Assembly (NCBI GenBank): GCA_011049545.1
Contig: DRHQ01000083.1
Location: 29,766 to 93,765 of the forward strand
Length of the DNA stretch: 64,000 nucleotides
Reading direction: 5' to 3'
Source of the DNA: Candidatus Aminicenantes bacterium
GTDB taxonomy: Bacteria; Acidobacteriota; Aminicenantia; Aminicenantales; Aminicenantaceae
In this document: positions 26,698-34,090 of the stretch, piece after piece
Layout: every line of letters begins with the position of its first letter
Numbering within the stretch: the stretch's first letter is position 1
Notes under the pieces: model-generated
Databases searched by the model: none
The model's input: only the letters and a program-made list of their open reading frames with translations
What the model was told of the DNA's origin: nothing
Made by a program: the position numbers and the translations under genes

Positions 26698-27564
26698 ATG
26701 GCAAAAGAAGATAGATATTCACTCGCGTTATATTTAGCCTCTAAAGGCCAACTGGACAAAGCCTCATTCCTTCTGTGGAAGATAGTTGAGAAAACAAATA
26801 GTGCAGAGTTAATGCTGAACTCCATATTGGCTTTGGTTACTATGTTGGGGCGAAAAGAAAACAACGAAAAAATTATAAATCTATGTGATAAGGGAATTGA
26901 ACTCTCTTATAGACTCAATAATGAGAATGCCAAAGCATTTCTAATGGCGACTAAAGCTCTAAGCATAATAATTGAAGTCGAATTCAATCTACACAAGAAG
27001 AAGAATCTTGTTTTAGCACCGGGGTGGAAGGAATTTGCCTTGGAATCCATAAAGGAGGAGTTCACAGTCCTTACAAGAAAGATTGAGCAAAACCGGAGTG
27101 AATCACAACAATTGATAACTGAATCCTTCAAAGGAATCAGTTCAAGTCAAATTAGTGAAACACTAGCAGACGTTTTAATGATAAAAGGTGAATATCATTT
27201 TGATGAATACCTGAATTACAAAATAGAAAATATCAAAACTACAAAATTTAGACTGTTTCTAAAGAACGTCAGTAACATTGACTCTTTTCTTTATAATCAG
27301 AGTAGCCAAAAAACTACAAAAAGAATTTTAAAGGACTCAAAGAAGTGCATCATTGATGCAGCACAGATTTATAAGAATCTAGGAGATGAAATAAATCAAG
27401 CAAATGCTTATTTAAACTTAGCAAATCAAGCGATTTCGATAAATCGTAAAAAGGAAGCGAGGAAATATCTAAAAAAAGCAATTACTGAAGTTCAAAACAA
27501 TAAAAATTTGGAAATATTGAACAGAATTAGAAATTTGGAAGAACGATTAATGAAACATGATTAG
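26698..27564 (+). CDS. Hypothetical alpha-helical (TPR-like) protein, probably co-transcribed with the DUF4238-like gene
   Basis: 288-aa ORF 9 bp downstream of the previous stop. Repetitive helical hairpin pattern (…AYLNLANQAISINRKKEARKYLKKA…). Confidence 0.5.
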   Translation: MAKEDRYSLALYLASKGQLDKASFLLWKIVEKTNSAELMLNSILALVTMLGRKENNEKIINLCDKGIELSYRLNNENAKAFLMATKALSIIIEVEFNLHKKKNLVLAPGWKEFALESIKEEFTVLTRKIEQNRSESQQLITESFKGISSSQISETLADVLMIKGEYHFDEYLNYKIENIKTTKFRLFLKNVSNIDSFLYNQSSQKTTKRILKDSKKCIIDAAQIYKNLGDEINQANAYLNLANQAISINRKKEARKYLKKAITEVQNNKNLEILNRIRNLEERLMKHD

Positions 27565-28065
27565 TAGTATTGGAAATAGCACTTAGGAATATAACTCCCC
27601 GTTGGGGAATGTCATTTACAATGATTTAAGCGAAATGGAGACTCAACCATTTTGAAGTAGGTCCCCAATAAAGAAGCTTCAGTCCTTCGGTGTTTGGATG
27701 TTCAGATTGAGCTAAACATAGTAAAGAACACAAACTACTATACAAAGGTCACATATTAAAAGAAAAGCAATACTTCAGTTAGATCCATGCCCCATAATCA
27801 TATTCATCCCTGGATACTCCATTCTAATCTTCAGTTCTGAATATCCCTTCAACTTGTGATATAATATCCTCAAAAGTCCTTCATTCGGTTTGAAGGCGGC
27901 CTGAATAAGGCTCACTTCCGGTGAAGCCTTGGTGGCACATTTAAATAGCTGGTCCATTGTCCTCCAGGAACTTCTTACTTAATTCGTTTTTTTTGTACTA
28001 CAATTATGGCATTTTTTCAACATGGGGGATTTCCAAATTCTATACTAAAAAAATTTTAGGTAGAG

Positions 28066-28115
28066 CTTAAGCCAAATACCCTAAAGCCCTGGCTTCCCTA
28101 GATTGAAAAAGATAT
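28066..28115 (+). repeat. Island hairpin motif family P5, copy B
   Basis: aagccaaataccctaaagccctggcttccctagattgaaaaag. Confidence 0.7.
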
Positions 28116-28173
28116 CATTAAGGGTGGAAATTACCCTCAAGAACATAGACTGATTTTATAGGGGGACATTCTC

Positions 28174-29187
28174 GTGTTACTTTTTGATGACGGTTTATTT
28201 TCTCTTGATAGTCCGAAAGAGAGTTTTGCGGATGAAAGCTGGTCTGGAAATCTTTGGTATCGGACTAATGTAATTGCTCCTATAGAATCCCCTAAGGATT
28301 TAAGCTGGCTTTTTGAAATTGAACAAGAAGCAAGAAAGCTAGGTTATCTTGGAGAAGTAAAATCATATTTTGCTTATCAAATTATTATCCATTTAGATGT
28401 CAAAAGAAGAAATAGAATTTGGAGATTAATTCAAGATGTTCCTATTCTTATAATTGACCCAAAATATTATTTAAGAGAATTCGGAATAAAAATTATAAAT
28501 CAATACAGTTATTCATTTGAAATATATGGAGTAAAATTCCAAATAAATCGGTCAGACCAGATGTTTAAAAAATATGAAGAACTTCTTCAAGAATTATTAT
28601 CCCAGAGAGTACTCATTGATTCTCTTTTACCTGATTTAGAAAATGCCATAAGAAATATTTCAGCTCGCTATGATGTGTTTCCAGGCATATATGACTTCGA
28701 ACCGAAAAGAATATTGAAACAATTAAATTTCAAGAAACCAAAAAAGCAAATAATAAATGTTGTCAAACTCTCATCAAGGCTTCATAGCGCTTTTATTGAA
28801 CTGGGTGATAGAGATTCAATAAATTCTGCAATGGACGGATTATCATATTTTAAAATGGATTTACTGTTCCCATTATCTCACTTTTATAGGGATTTATTGA
28901 TTAAATCTATATCAAGAAACTGCTATTTTGATGAAGGTGACACGAAGTCCATTGAATTTATTAGAGGATTAATCAATAAAGTTAAGACTGGTTTAACTCA
29001 TGATATTTTTGGAAAATATTCGGCCATTCCAGAAGCAAAAATTGAAGAAATCAAATCTGAAGAAGATATAAGAATGCGCGCTTCAGATGTAATATCTGGG
29101 ATTGCCAGAATGATTTATGATTCTGAGGGGATAAGAGGTTTAAAGAACAAATTTTCTTATATATTTTTTAATGGTCGCAGAATATAG
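28174..29187 (+). CDS. Hypothetical protein
   Basis: 337-aa ORF with GTG start after AGGGGGAC. AT-rich, no recognisable domain. Confidence 0.5.
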   Translation: MLLFDDGLFSLDSPKESFADESWSGNLWYRTNVIAPIESPKDLSWLFEIEQEARKLGYLGEVKSYFAYQIIIHLDVKRRNRIWRLIQDVPILIIDPKYYLREFGIKIINQYSYSFEIYGVKFQINRSDQMFKKYEELLQELLSQRVLIDSLLPDLENAIRNISARYDVFPGIYDFEPKRILKQLNFKKPKKQIINVVKLSSRLHSAFIELGDRDSINSAMDGLSYFKMDLLFPLSHFYRDLLIKSISRNCYFDEGDTKSIEFIRGLINKVKTGLTHDIFGKYSAIPEAKIEEIKSEEDIRMRASDVISGIARMIYDSEGIRGLKNKFSYIFFNGRRI

Positions 29188-29484
29188 AATAAAGAAAATA
29201 TTTGGAAGGTATACACTTTACCCCAAGTATTTTGTTTGCCTTCTTTCCAGTTAATTGCACTCGTTCACTTTCTCATTCTATGTTTCTCGTTTGGGCAATA
29301 AAGCCAATCCTCAAGCCTTGAACATCAATCCACCCTGTCCCCAGGCGAAGGATTGCGTCGCATATCTATTATTATGTATACTACTATAACTCACATAATA
29401 TCAGTAAGTTGCGATGATTTAGATTTGAAATATTATCCCATTTTGGGCCAAAAAAAGGGGGTAAATTCCCGTTTTTCAAATAGG

Positions 29485-29575
29485 GGTGGCGTCTGACTGC
29501 GAATCAGAAGGTCGTCGGTTCGAATTCGATCTCCCCGATTAAAGCTTAAGACGGATAAAGGAACAATCGGATATA
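29485..29575 (+). repeat. tRNA 3'-fragment direct repeat (copy of tRNA-Pro T arm, acceptor 3' end and 37 bp of downstream flank)
   Basis: 29510-29575 matches 19914-19979 at 64/66 positions (…ggtcgtcggttcgaat[ct]cgatctccccgattaaa[ag]cttaagacggataaaggaacaatcggatata). It is preceded by an unrelated anticodon-arm-like hairpin and has no 5' tRNA half. Confidence 0.8.
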
Positions 29576-29659
29576 AAAATAAGTTCTTCCTGTCTTCTCA
29601 CCTTCAGCCAGATTTAGAGGGGTCTAAATGAATCTGATATTACCAAGCTCTGTAAGCCA

Positions 29660-29860
29660 TTACGGAATTACATCTTTAAACTTCTCTGAAGCAGGTTCTC
29701 CACCAATTCCCCAGTGTGATTTTTGGATTTCATGAATAATCACTTCTACAGCCTGAGTGGGAATCCCTAAATCTACAAAGACCTTAGTTATATTTTGGAT
29801 TGTGATTTTTGCTTTTTCCTGTCCGAAACCTTCCCAGACATTTACATGGATAACGGGCAT
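29660..29860 (-). CDS. Tautomerase family protein (4-oxalocrotonate tautomerase-like)
   Basis: 66-aa ORF starting MPVIHVNVWEG… with catalytic Pro1 after Met, at the typical tautomerase-family length. Confidence 0.6.
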   Translation of the reverse strand: MPVIHVNVWEGFGQEKAKITIQNITKVFVDLGIPTQAVEVIIHEIQKSHWGIGGEPASEKFKDVIP

Positions 29861-29920
29861 TTATTACCTCCAAAGTTTTGTTGATAATAATACTCTACTA
29901 TCTGGATTCTGAAAAATCAA

Positions 29921-29982
29921 AGCGGGTGGCTGTTAACCACTAGGTTGTAGGTTCGAGTCCTGCCCGAGGAGCCATCTTTTTA
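29921..29982 (+). repeat. 3' fragment of a tRNA-Asn(GTT)-like gene, direct repeat copy 2
   Basis: Same as 21023-21084 with one T-stem substitution (cctgc vs cctac). No 5' half present. Confidence 0.75.
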
Positions 29983-30103
29983 GGGGCCAGAGACAACCTC
30001 TCATTTACTCACCATTAGGCAATAGCGAGCAATTGTAGTCATTTTGTGTCATGCGGACGTCACCGGTCTATCACATGGCAGAAAACAGGTCATTATTACG
30101 TGG

Positions 30104-30200
30104 GCTTGACATTTGTCTTCCAACAATTGACCTCATTTTTTCCCTGTGATATAAGCCATAGAGAGTGTTAGCTTCAGCTAGTTGGTGGGATCGTTAATTC
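30104..30200 (+). promoter_or_regulatory. Repeated promoter + leader module, copy 3
   Basis: ttgacc-N17-tgatataag-ccatagagagtgttagcttcagctag, upstream of the 30276 ORF. Confidence 0.4.
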
Positions 30201-30275
30201 TGCTCCTGCTATTTTCATTAGGCTGATTTCACGAAAAATTAAATCTAGCTCAAAGATTAGGAGGGATAACCAGTA

Positions 30276-31760
30276 ATGAAGAAAAACTGGATGGCAGAAC
30301 TCACCTATCATTATGAAAAAACTCGGCGCCGATATCCTCAAGATCGGCTGATGATTCTTTTTGATATCGACGGTACAATTCTAGATATGCGCTATATGGT
30401 ATTTCATGTCCTGAAAGCCTTTGATAAAAAGCATGACACCCATTTTTTTCGAAAGCTTAATGTCTCTGATATTACTGTACACGAGAATCAAGTGGATAGT
30501 TTTTTAGCAGAGTTACGAATTCCATCAGAGGAACAGAGAGAGATCATAAAGTGGTATAATCAGCATCGCTGGTCTTCGGAGTATATCCTTCAGTCCCACC
30601 ATCCATTTTCTGGAGTGCTTGAGGTTATTCGATGGTTCCAACTCCAGCCAAATACCTTTGTTGGCTTGAATACTGGCCGGCCTGAATCAATTCTAAGCGA
30701 CACCTTGAGATCCCTGAATAAATTAGGTAAAGAGTATAAAGTTCAATTTAGTGATGAACTGTTGCGTATGAATCCTGGGGGCTGGGAACAAGAAGTAGAA
30801 AATTCGAAGGTTGCTGGAGTGCGCTATTTTCAAAAAAAAGGGTATCACATCTTCGCCTTTGTAGACAACGAGCCCAATAATTTGAAGGTGGTTTCCAATA
30901 TTGATCCAGATCAAGAAATTCTCCTACTTCATGCGAATACTATCTTCGAATCTAAAAGGACCAGATTACCTTCCCGTACGGTCAAAGGTAAAGCATACGA
31001 CATAACTGAACTAATTCCCGAGAAAGAACTGCCCCAGCATATTCAATTTGTTTGGCATGGTATAAACGACGAAGTGAACTTACGTCAATTTCTAGCTTCT
31101 GAGATTACTTGGGGGGAATGTGATGTTCGTATGGATCCCATAGCCAATGAGTTGATTCTTCGTCACGATTCCTTTGTAGAACTCCCTCTGGATGTAGACG
31201 AAGATTGGTTTAGTTTGGATCGTCTGCTCCATCGCTTGTTAAAAACAGGCAAGTCAATTAAGCTCGATTTAAAGTCAGGCGGTATTTTGGTAGATAAGGC
31301 TTTGAAATTCATTGAATCTTCCAGCTTTGATGAATCTCGCCTGTGGTTTAACGGCAATGTGGAAAGACTGCAAGAGCAAGGGTTCAGAAAATTAGCCAGT
31401 GCCCACCCCGATGCTATTTTGCAATGCCCTGTTGATTTTTTAGCTCCTCTGATTAGCAGTGCCCCAGAAAAAGCTCAGGAAATACTCGATATGTTTATAA
31501 AATGGGGTATCAACCGCTTTTCCATTAATTGGAAAACTCAGAACATGCGCAATTTCTTTGATCAGATGGATAAATGGGGATTTGAAGTCAATATTTACAA
31601 CGTTCCTGATTTAGAGTCATTCCTGGAGATGGTGCTTCTCATGCCGCGATCTATCACGTCCGATTTCAATTTTCCTAAATGGCATTATTATGGCAGAGGC
31701 TCAGGAGAAGATGGTAGCCATTATGAATATTCTATACGAAAGACGAAAGGAAGAAAGTAG
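30276..31760 (+). CDS. Fusion protein: N-terminal HAD-superfamily phosphatase domain + C-terminal GDPD/PLC-like phosphodiesterase (TIM-barrel) domain
   Basis: 494-aa ORF. Carries HAD motif I ILFDIDGTILD. The C-terminal half (FVWHGINDEVN…ECDVRMDPIANELILRHDSF) parallels the GDPD pattern H-R-G…E-N…E-x-D-V…H-D. Confidence 0.55.
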   Translation: MKKNWMAELTYHYEKTRRRYPQDRLMILFDIDGTILDMRYMVFHVLKAFDKKHDTHFFRKLNVSDITVHENQVDSFLAELRIPSEEQREIIKWYNQHRWSSEYILQSHHPFSGVLEVIRWFQLQPNTFVGLNTGRPESILSDTLRSLNKLGKEYKVQFSDELLRMNPGGWEQEVENSKVAGVRYFQKKGYHIFAFVDNEPNNLKVVSNIDPDQEILLLHANTIFESKRTRLPSRTVKGKAYDITELIPEKELPQHIQFVWHGINDEVNLRQFLASEITWGECDVRMDPIANELILRHDSFVELPLDVDEDWFSLDRLLHRLLKTGKSIKLDLKSGGILVDKALKFIESSSFDESRLWFNGNVERLQEQGFRKLASAHPDAILQCPVDFLAPLISSAPEKAQEILDMFIKWGINRFSINWKTQNMRNFFDQMDKWGFEVNIYNVPDLESFLEMVLLMPRSITSDFNFPKWHYYGRGSGEDGSHYEYSIRKTKGRK

Positions 31761-31802
31761 GTGCAACTAGAAGTTTACACACCATGAAAAATTATCCAGA
31801 GC

Positions 31803-31850
31803 AGGAAGCCAAAGACATTAAAGCCTTGGCTTCCCTGGATTGAAAAAGGA
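31803..31850 (+). repeat. Island hairpin motif family P5, copy C
   Basis: ggaagccaaagacattaaagccttggcttccctggattgaaaaag (best palindrome of the family). Confidence 0.7.
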
Positions 31851-31889
31851 CGCTGATCGAGTTAGAATTCTTATAAGGGAGTAAAAAAT

Positions 31890-32243
31890 ATGAAAGTTTT
31901 ACTCATTATTAACGATGCACCGTATGGGACAGAAAAAGCCTACAATGCTATGCGGCTAGCGATGATGATTCAAAAAGAACACGCTGATGCAGAGGTTCGT
32001 ATTTTCCTGCTGGCAGATGCAGTAACATGTGCGGTCCCAAAACAGTCAACTCCAGAGGGATACTACAATCTAGAACGGATGTTTAAATCGGTCATAAAAA
32101 AGGGTGGAGTAGTGAAGGCTTGTGGTACGTGTGCCAACGCTCGCGGAATCAAAGGAATAAACCTGATAGATGGTATTGAAATAAGCACAATGAGCCAATT
32201 GAGCCAATGGACAGTAAGTTCAGACAAAGTTTTAACCTTCTGA
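31890..32243 (+). CDS. DsrE/DsrF-like (TusD-like sulfur-relay fold) family protein
   Basis: 117-aa ORF: MKVLLIINDAPYGTEKAYNAMRLA…KACGTCANARGI… — length and motifs recalled as DsrE/DsrF-family-like. Confidence 0.55.
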   Translation: MKVLLIINDAPYGTEKAYNAMRLAMMIQKEHADAEVRIFLLADAVTCAVPKQSTPEGYYNLERMFKSVIKKGGVVKACGTCANARGIKGINLIDGIEISTMSQLSQWTVSSDKVLTF

Positions 32244-32296
32244 AGCTACAATATTAAAGTTATATAATCCTGAATTTTCATATCTTTTGAGGCGAG

Positions 32297-32330
32297 TGGA
32301 AGCCAAATCTCCTAAAGCCTTCGACTTCCC
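32297..32330 (+). repeat. Island hairpin motif family P5, copy D (degenerate)
   Basis: ggaagccaaatctcctaaagccttcgacttccc. Confidence 0.55.
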
Positions 32331-32333
32331 ATT

Positions 32334-32555
32334 ATGCAGGAGGTGGTTGAGAAGCACCCCGATTATAGCAATCCGAAGAATGGATTTGCGCAAATCTGGT
32401 ATTCGGAGCATTGTACGGAAGAGCTTTTATCCTTGGTAGCGCTGCGGAAGCCTAACTGCAAGGATCAGATGCGGTCTATTTGTTGCCTGCATCCGCTTGT
32501 TGGGCAGTCAGTGCGACGTAGATCACCGATGGAGTTTTCGAATCGTCTCGTTTGA
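32334..32555 (+). CDS. Possible small hypothetical ORF (73 aa) overlapping the 3' end of the convergent NYN gene
   Basis: ATG directly after P5 copy D with an AGGAGG-like site. Overlaps the opposite-strand gene by ~80 bp; may be spurious. Confidence 0.25.
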   Translation: MQEVVEKHPDYSNPKNGFAQIWYSEHCTEELLSLVALRKPNCKDQMRSICCLHPLVGQSVRRRSPMEFSNRLV

Positions 32556-33225
32556 GTGTAAATGTTTTGCGGCAATCCTTAATGAGCGACAGGAGACCTT
32601 TGTGACCAAATGTCCGGGGATCAAATGCCGGGTCCAATCGACGAAGAACAGACCCCATTGTCGACAGATTAATCCATTCTTCTTCCCTCGCAACCATCTC
32701 GAACGCTTTAAGAAGAAGAGGCTCAGGGTCAGACAGATCAGACTTCTCTTCCTTTTTCGTTATTTTGTTCGTTTCCTTTGTTTCAGTAAGGTTCTCGCAA
32801 TAGATAAATTGATTGCATGCGTTGGTGAAGGCTTCTGGAGTTTTCTTCTCCCCGACTCCAATGACAAAAAGCCCTTCCTCTCTTATTCTTGTTGCTAGTC
32901 GTGTGTAATCGCTATCACTGGAAACAATGCAAAAGCCGCCAACATCGTTGCTGTGGAGTAGATCCATCGCATCGATTATCATCGCGCTATCTGTTGCATT
33001 CTTGCCGACCGTATACCTGAACTGCTGAATCGGTTGAATAGCATGTTTGTGGAGTAATTTTTTCCAGCTATTCATGCTTGTAGTGGTCCAGTCTCCATAT
33101 ATCCGCTTGACTGTGATCATGCCGAATTTGCTAATTTCTGCCAAGATCTGAGGAAGAAGTGACGCTTGCGCATTGTCTCCATCAATGAGTACGGCAAACT
33201 TTTCTTGCTTAGATTGTTCATCCAT
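32476..33225 (-). CDS. NYN (LabA-like) nuclease domain protein with C-terminal OST-HTH/LOTUS domain
   Basis: Start chosen at the ATG preceded by GGAGGG (MDEQSKQEKFAVLIDGDNA…). Carries NYN acidic residues (D-x-D-N, …SSDSDY…) and a C-terminal LOTUS-like helix-turn-helix. Confidence 0.65.
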   Translation of the reverse strand: MDEQSKQEKFAVLIDGDNAQASLLPQILAEISKFGMITVKRIYGDWTTTSMNSWKKLLHKHAIQPIQQFRYTVGKNATDSAMIIDAMDLLHSNDVGGFCIVSSDSDYTRLATRIREEGLFVIGVGEKKTPEAFTNACNQFIYCENLTETKETNKITKKEEKSDLSDPEPLLLKAFEMVAREEEWINLSTMGSVLRRLDPAFDPRTFGHKGLLSLIKDCRKTFTLKRDDSKTPSVIYVALTAQQADAGNK

Positions 33226-33409
33226 TTTGTAGCCCTCCACTGGTCGATTTAGGCCCAACAATTACTATACCGCATGCAATAAAATGTGAAAACTGAAGCT
33301 CAAATAACATCTTGAATTAATGAACCCATGCATCATAGCAATGAAAACACAGTAATATTCTATCAATATCCTTGTTATGCTACAAGCCTCATATCTATTA
33401 TTATGTTAA

Positions 33410-33460
33410 CCTGTGATTTCAAAGTTATTGATTATCAAAAAATCAGAAAAATAATGAAAT
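33410..33460 (+). repeat. ~50-bp direct repeat (CCTGTGA[CT]TTCAAAGTTATTGATTATCAA…AATAATGAAA), left copy
   Basis: Matches 35026-35075 at ~85%. The two copies bracket the Zn-ribbon and membrane-protein genes. Confidence 0.7.
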
Positions 33461-33537
33461 TTGAAATCCGGAATTTGGGGCTGGAATTCAGGAATGCTCT
33501 CTCATCCTTCAGCAATTATTCTATGGAAATTGATCCG

Positions 33538-33559
33538 TAAATGGGGCCTGTCCCCATTT
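33538..33559. repeat. Palindromic repeat family P1 (variant aaatggggcctgtccccattt)
   Basis: Lies inside the ORF-track ORF 33461..33934, which argues that ORF's 5' part is non-coding. Confidence 0.75.
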
Positions 33560-33643
33560 CTCTACCCTGCTAGCGTAATCCTTACCTTGACTTCATGGCC
33601 CCCTGCGAATAAAATCTTCCCTCAATCAAAATGGAGATGGAAG

Positions 33644-33934
33644 ATGAGATGTAAACATTGTCTTAAAGATGTGACGCAATATGATCCTCTTGGCTACTGT
33701 GTTCAGTGTGGCGTATGGTACAAAGCCGAAGGCGAAGAAATAAAGGGTGTATACATGCGCTGTTCTACAAGAGACGACAATCCAGAAAAGTGCAATCTGG
33801 TAGTTCAAAGCCAGTTCAGAGGGGCTGAAGAATTGCCAGAAAGTAGAGAAAAACCTATTGCTACAGCAAGAATGCCCAACATTCGTAAAGCTGATAAGAT
33901 CTGTGCTTCTTGTGCGGATAAACACTTTGTTTAG
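33644..33934 (+). CDS. Small zinc-ribbon protein (two CxxC pairs)
   Basis: 96-aa ORF from the ATG after GGAG: MRCKHCLKDV…CVQCG…CASCADKHFV. The upstream part of the track ORF contains a palindromic repeat. Confidence 0.5.
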   Translation: MRCKHCLKDVTQYDPLGYCVQCGVWYKAEGEEIKGVYMRCSTRDDNPEKCNLVVQSQFRGAEELPESREKPIATARMPNIRKADKICASCADKHFV

Positions 33935-33957
33935 TAGTTTTTTAATTAGACCTTAGA

Positions 33958-33985
33958 GCGGTCAGATTCGTGGCCGTTTTTTTTT
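33958..33985 (+). terminator. Rho-independent terminator after the Zn-ribbon gene (part of a repeated 'agagcggtYagattYgYggccgTTTTTTT' module)
   Basis: Stem cggtca/tggccg followed by T9. A similar module recurs at 35262-35297. Confidence 0.55.
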
Positions 33986-34017
33986 ATCCGGAGAAAACCA
34001 TATCCTTTCACGGGTCC

Positions 34018-34040
34018 GAAAATGGGGCCAGGCCCCATTT
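34018..34040. repeat. Palindromic repeat family P1
   Basis: aaatggggccaggccccattt. Confidence 0.8.
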
Positions 34041-34090
34041 CTCTAACGATTATTGAGGAAGGATAAATGAATTATGTTTCCTATTGAGTC

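Noticed and set aside
27775-27957. 60-aa minus-strand ORF in the 27.6-28.1 kb intergenic gap
   Set aside because: No RBS and no recognisable family. The region may instead hold a small structured RNA (several local inverted repeats), but I could not support either call.
29485-29530. Possible additional functional tRNA (anticodon-arm-like hairpin + T arm + acceptor 3' end)
   Set aside because: No 5' acceptor strand or D arm can be paired. It is a 3' fragment or att-site remnant, not a gene.
20382-32243. Integron-like cassette array (same-strand small unrelated ORFs separated by repeats)
   Set aside because: The inter-ORF repeats do not show attC architecture (no R''/L''–L'/R' cores of the GTTRRRY type) and no intI gene or attI site is present. 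The repeats sit upstream rather than downstream of ORFs.
33461-33934. 157-aa ORF-track ORF as the Zn-ribbon gene
   Set aside because: Its 5' third spans a P1 palindromic repeat and has no RBS. An internal ATG at 33644 with GGAG upstream gives a compact 96-aa Cys-rich protein.
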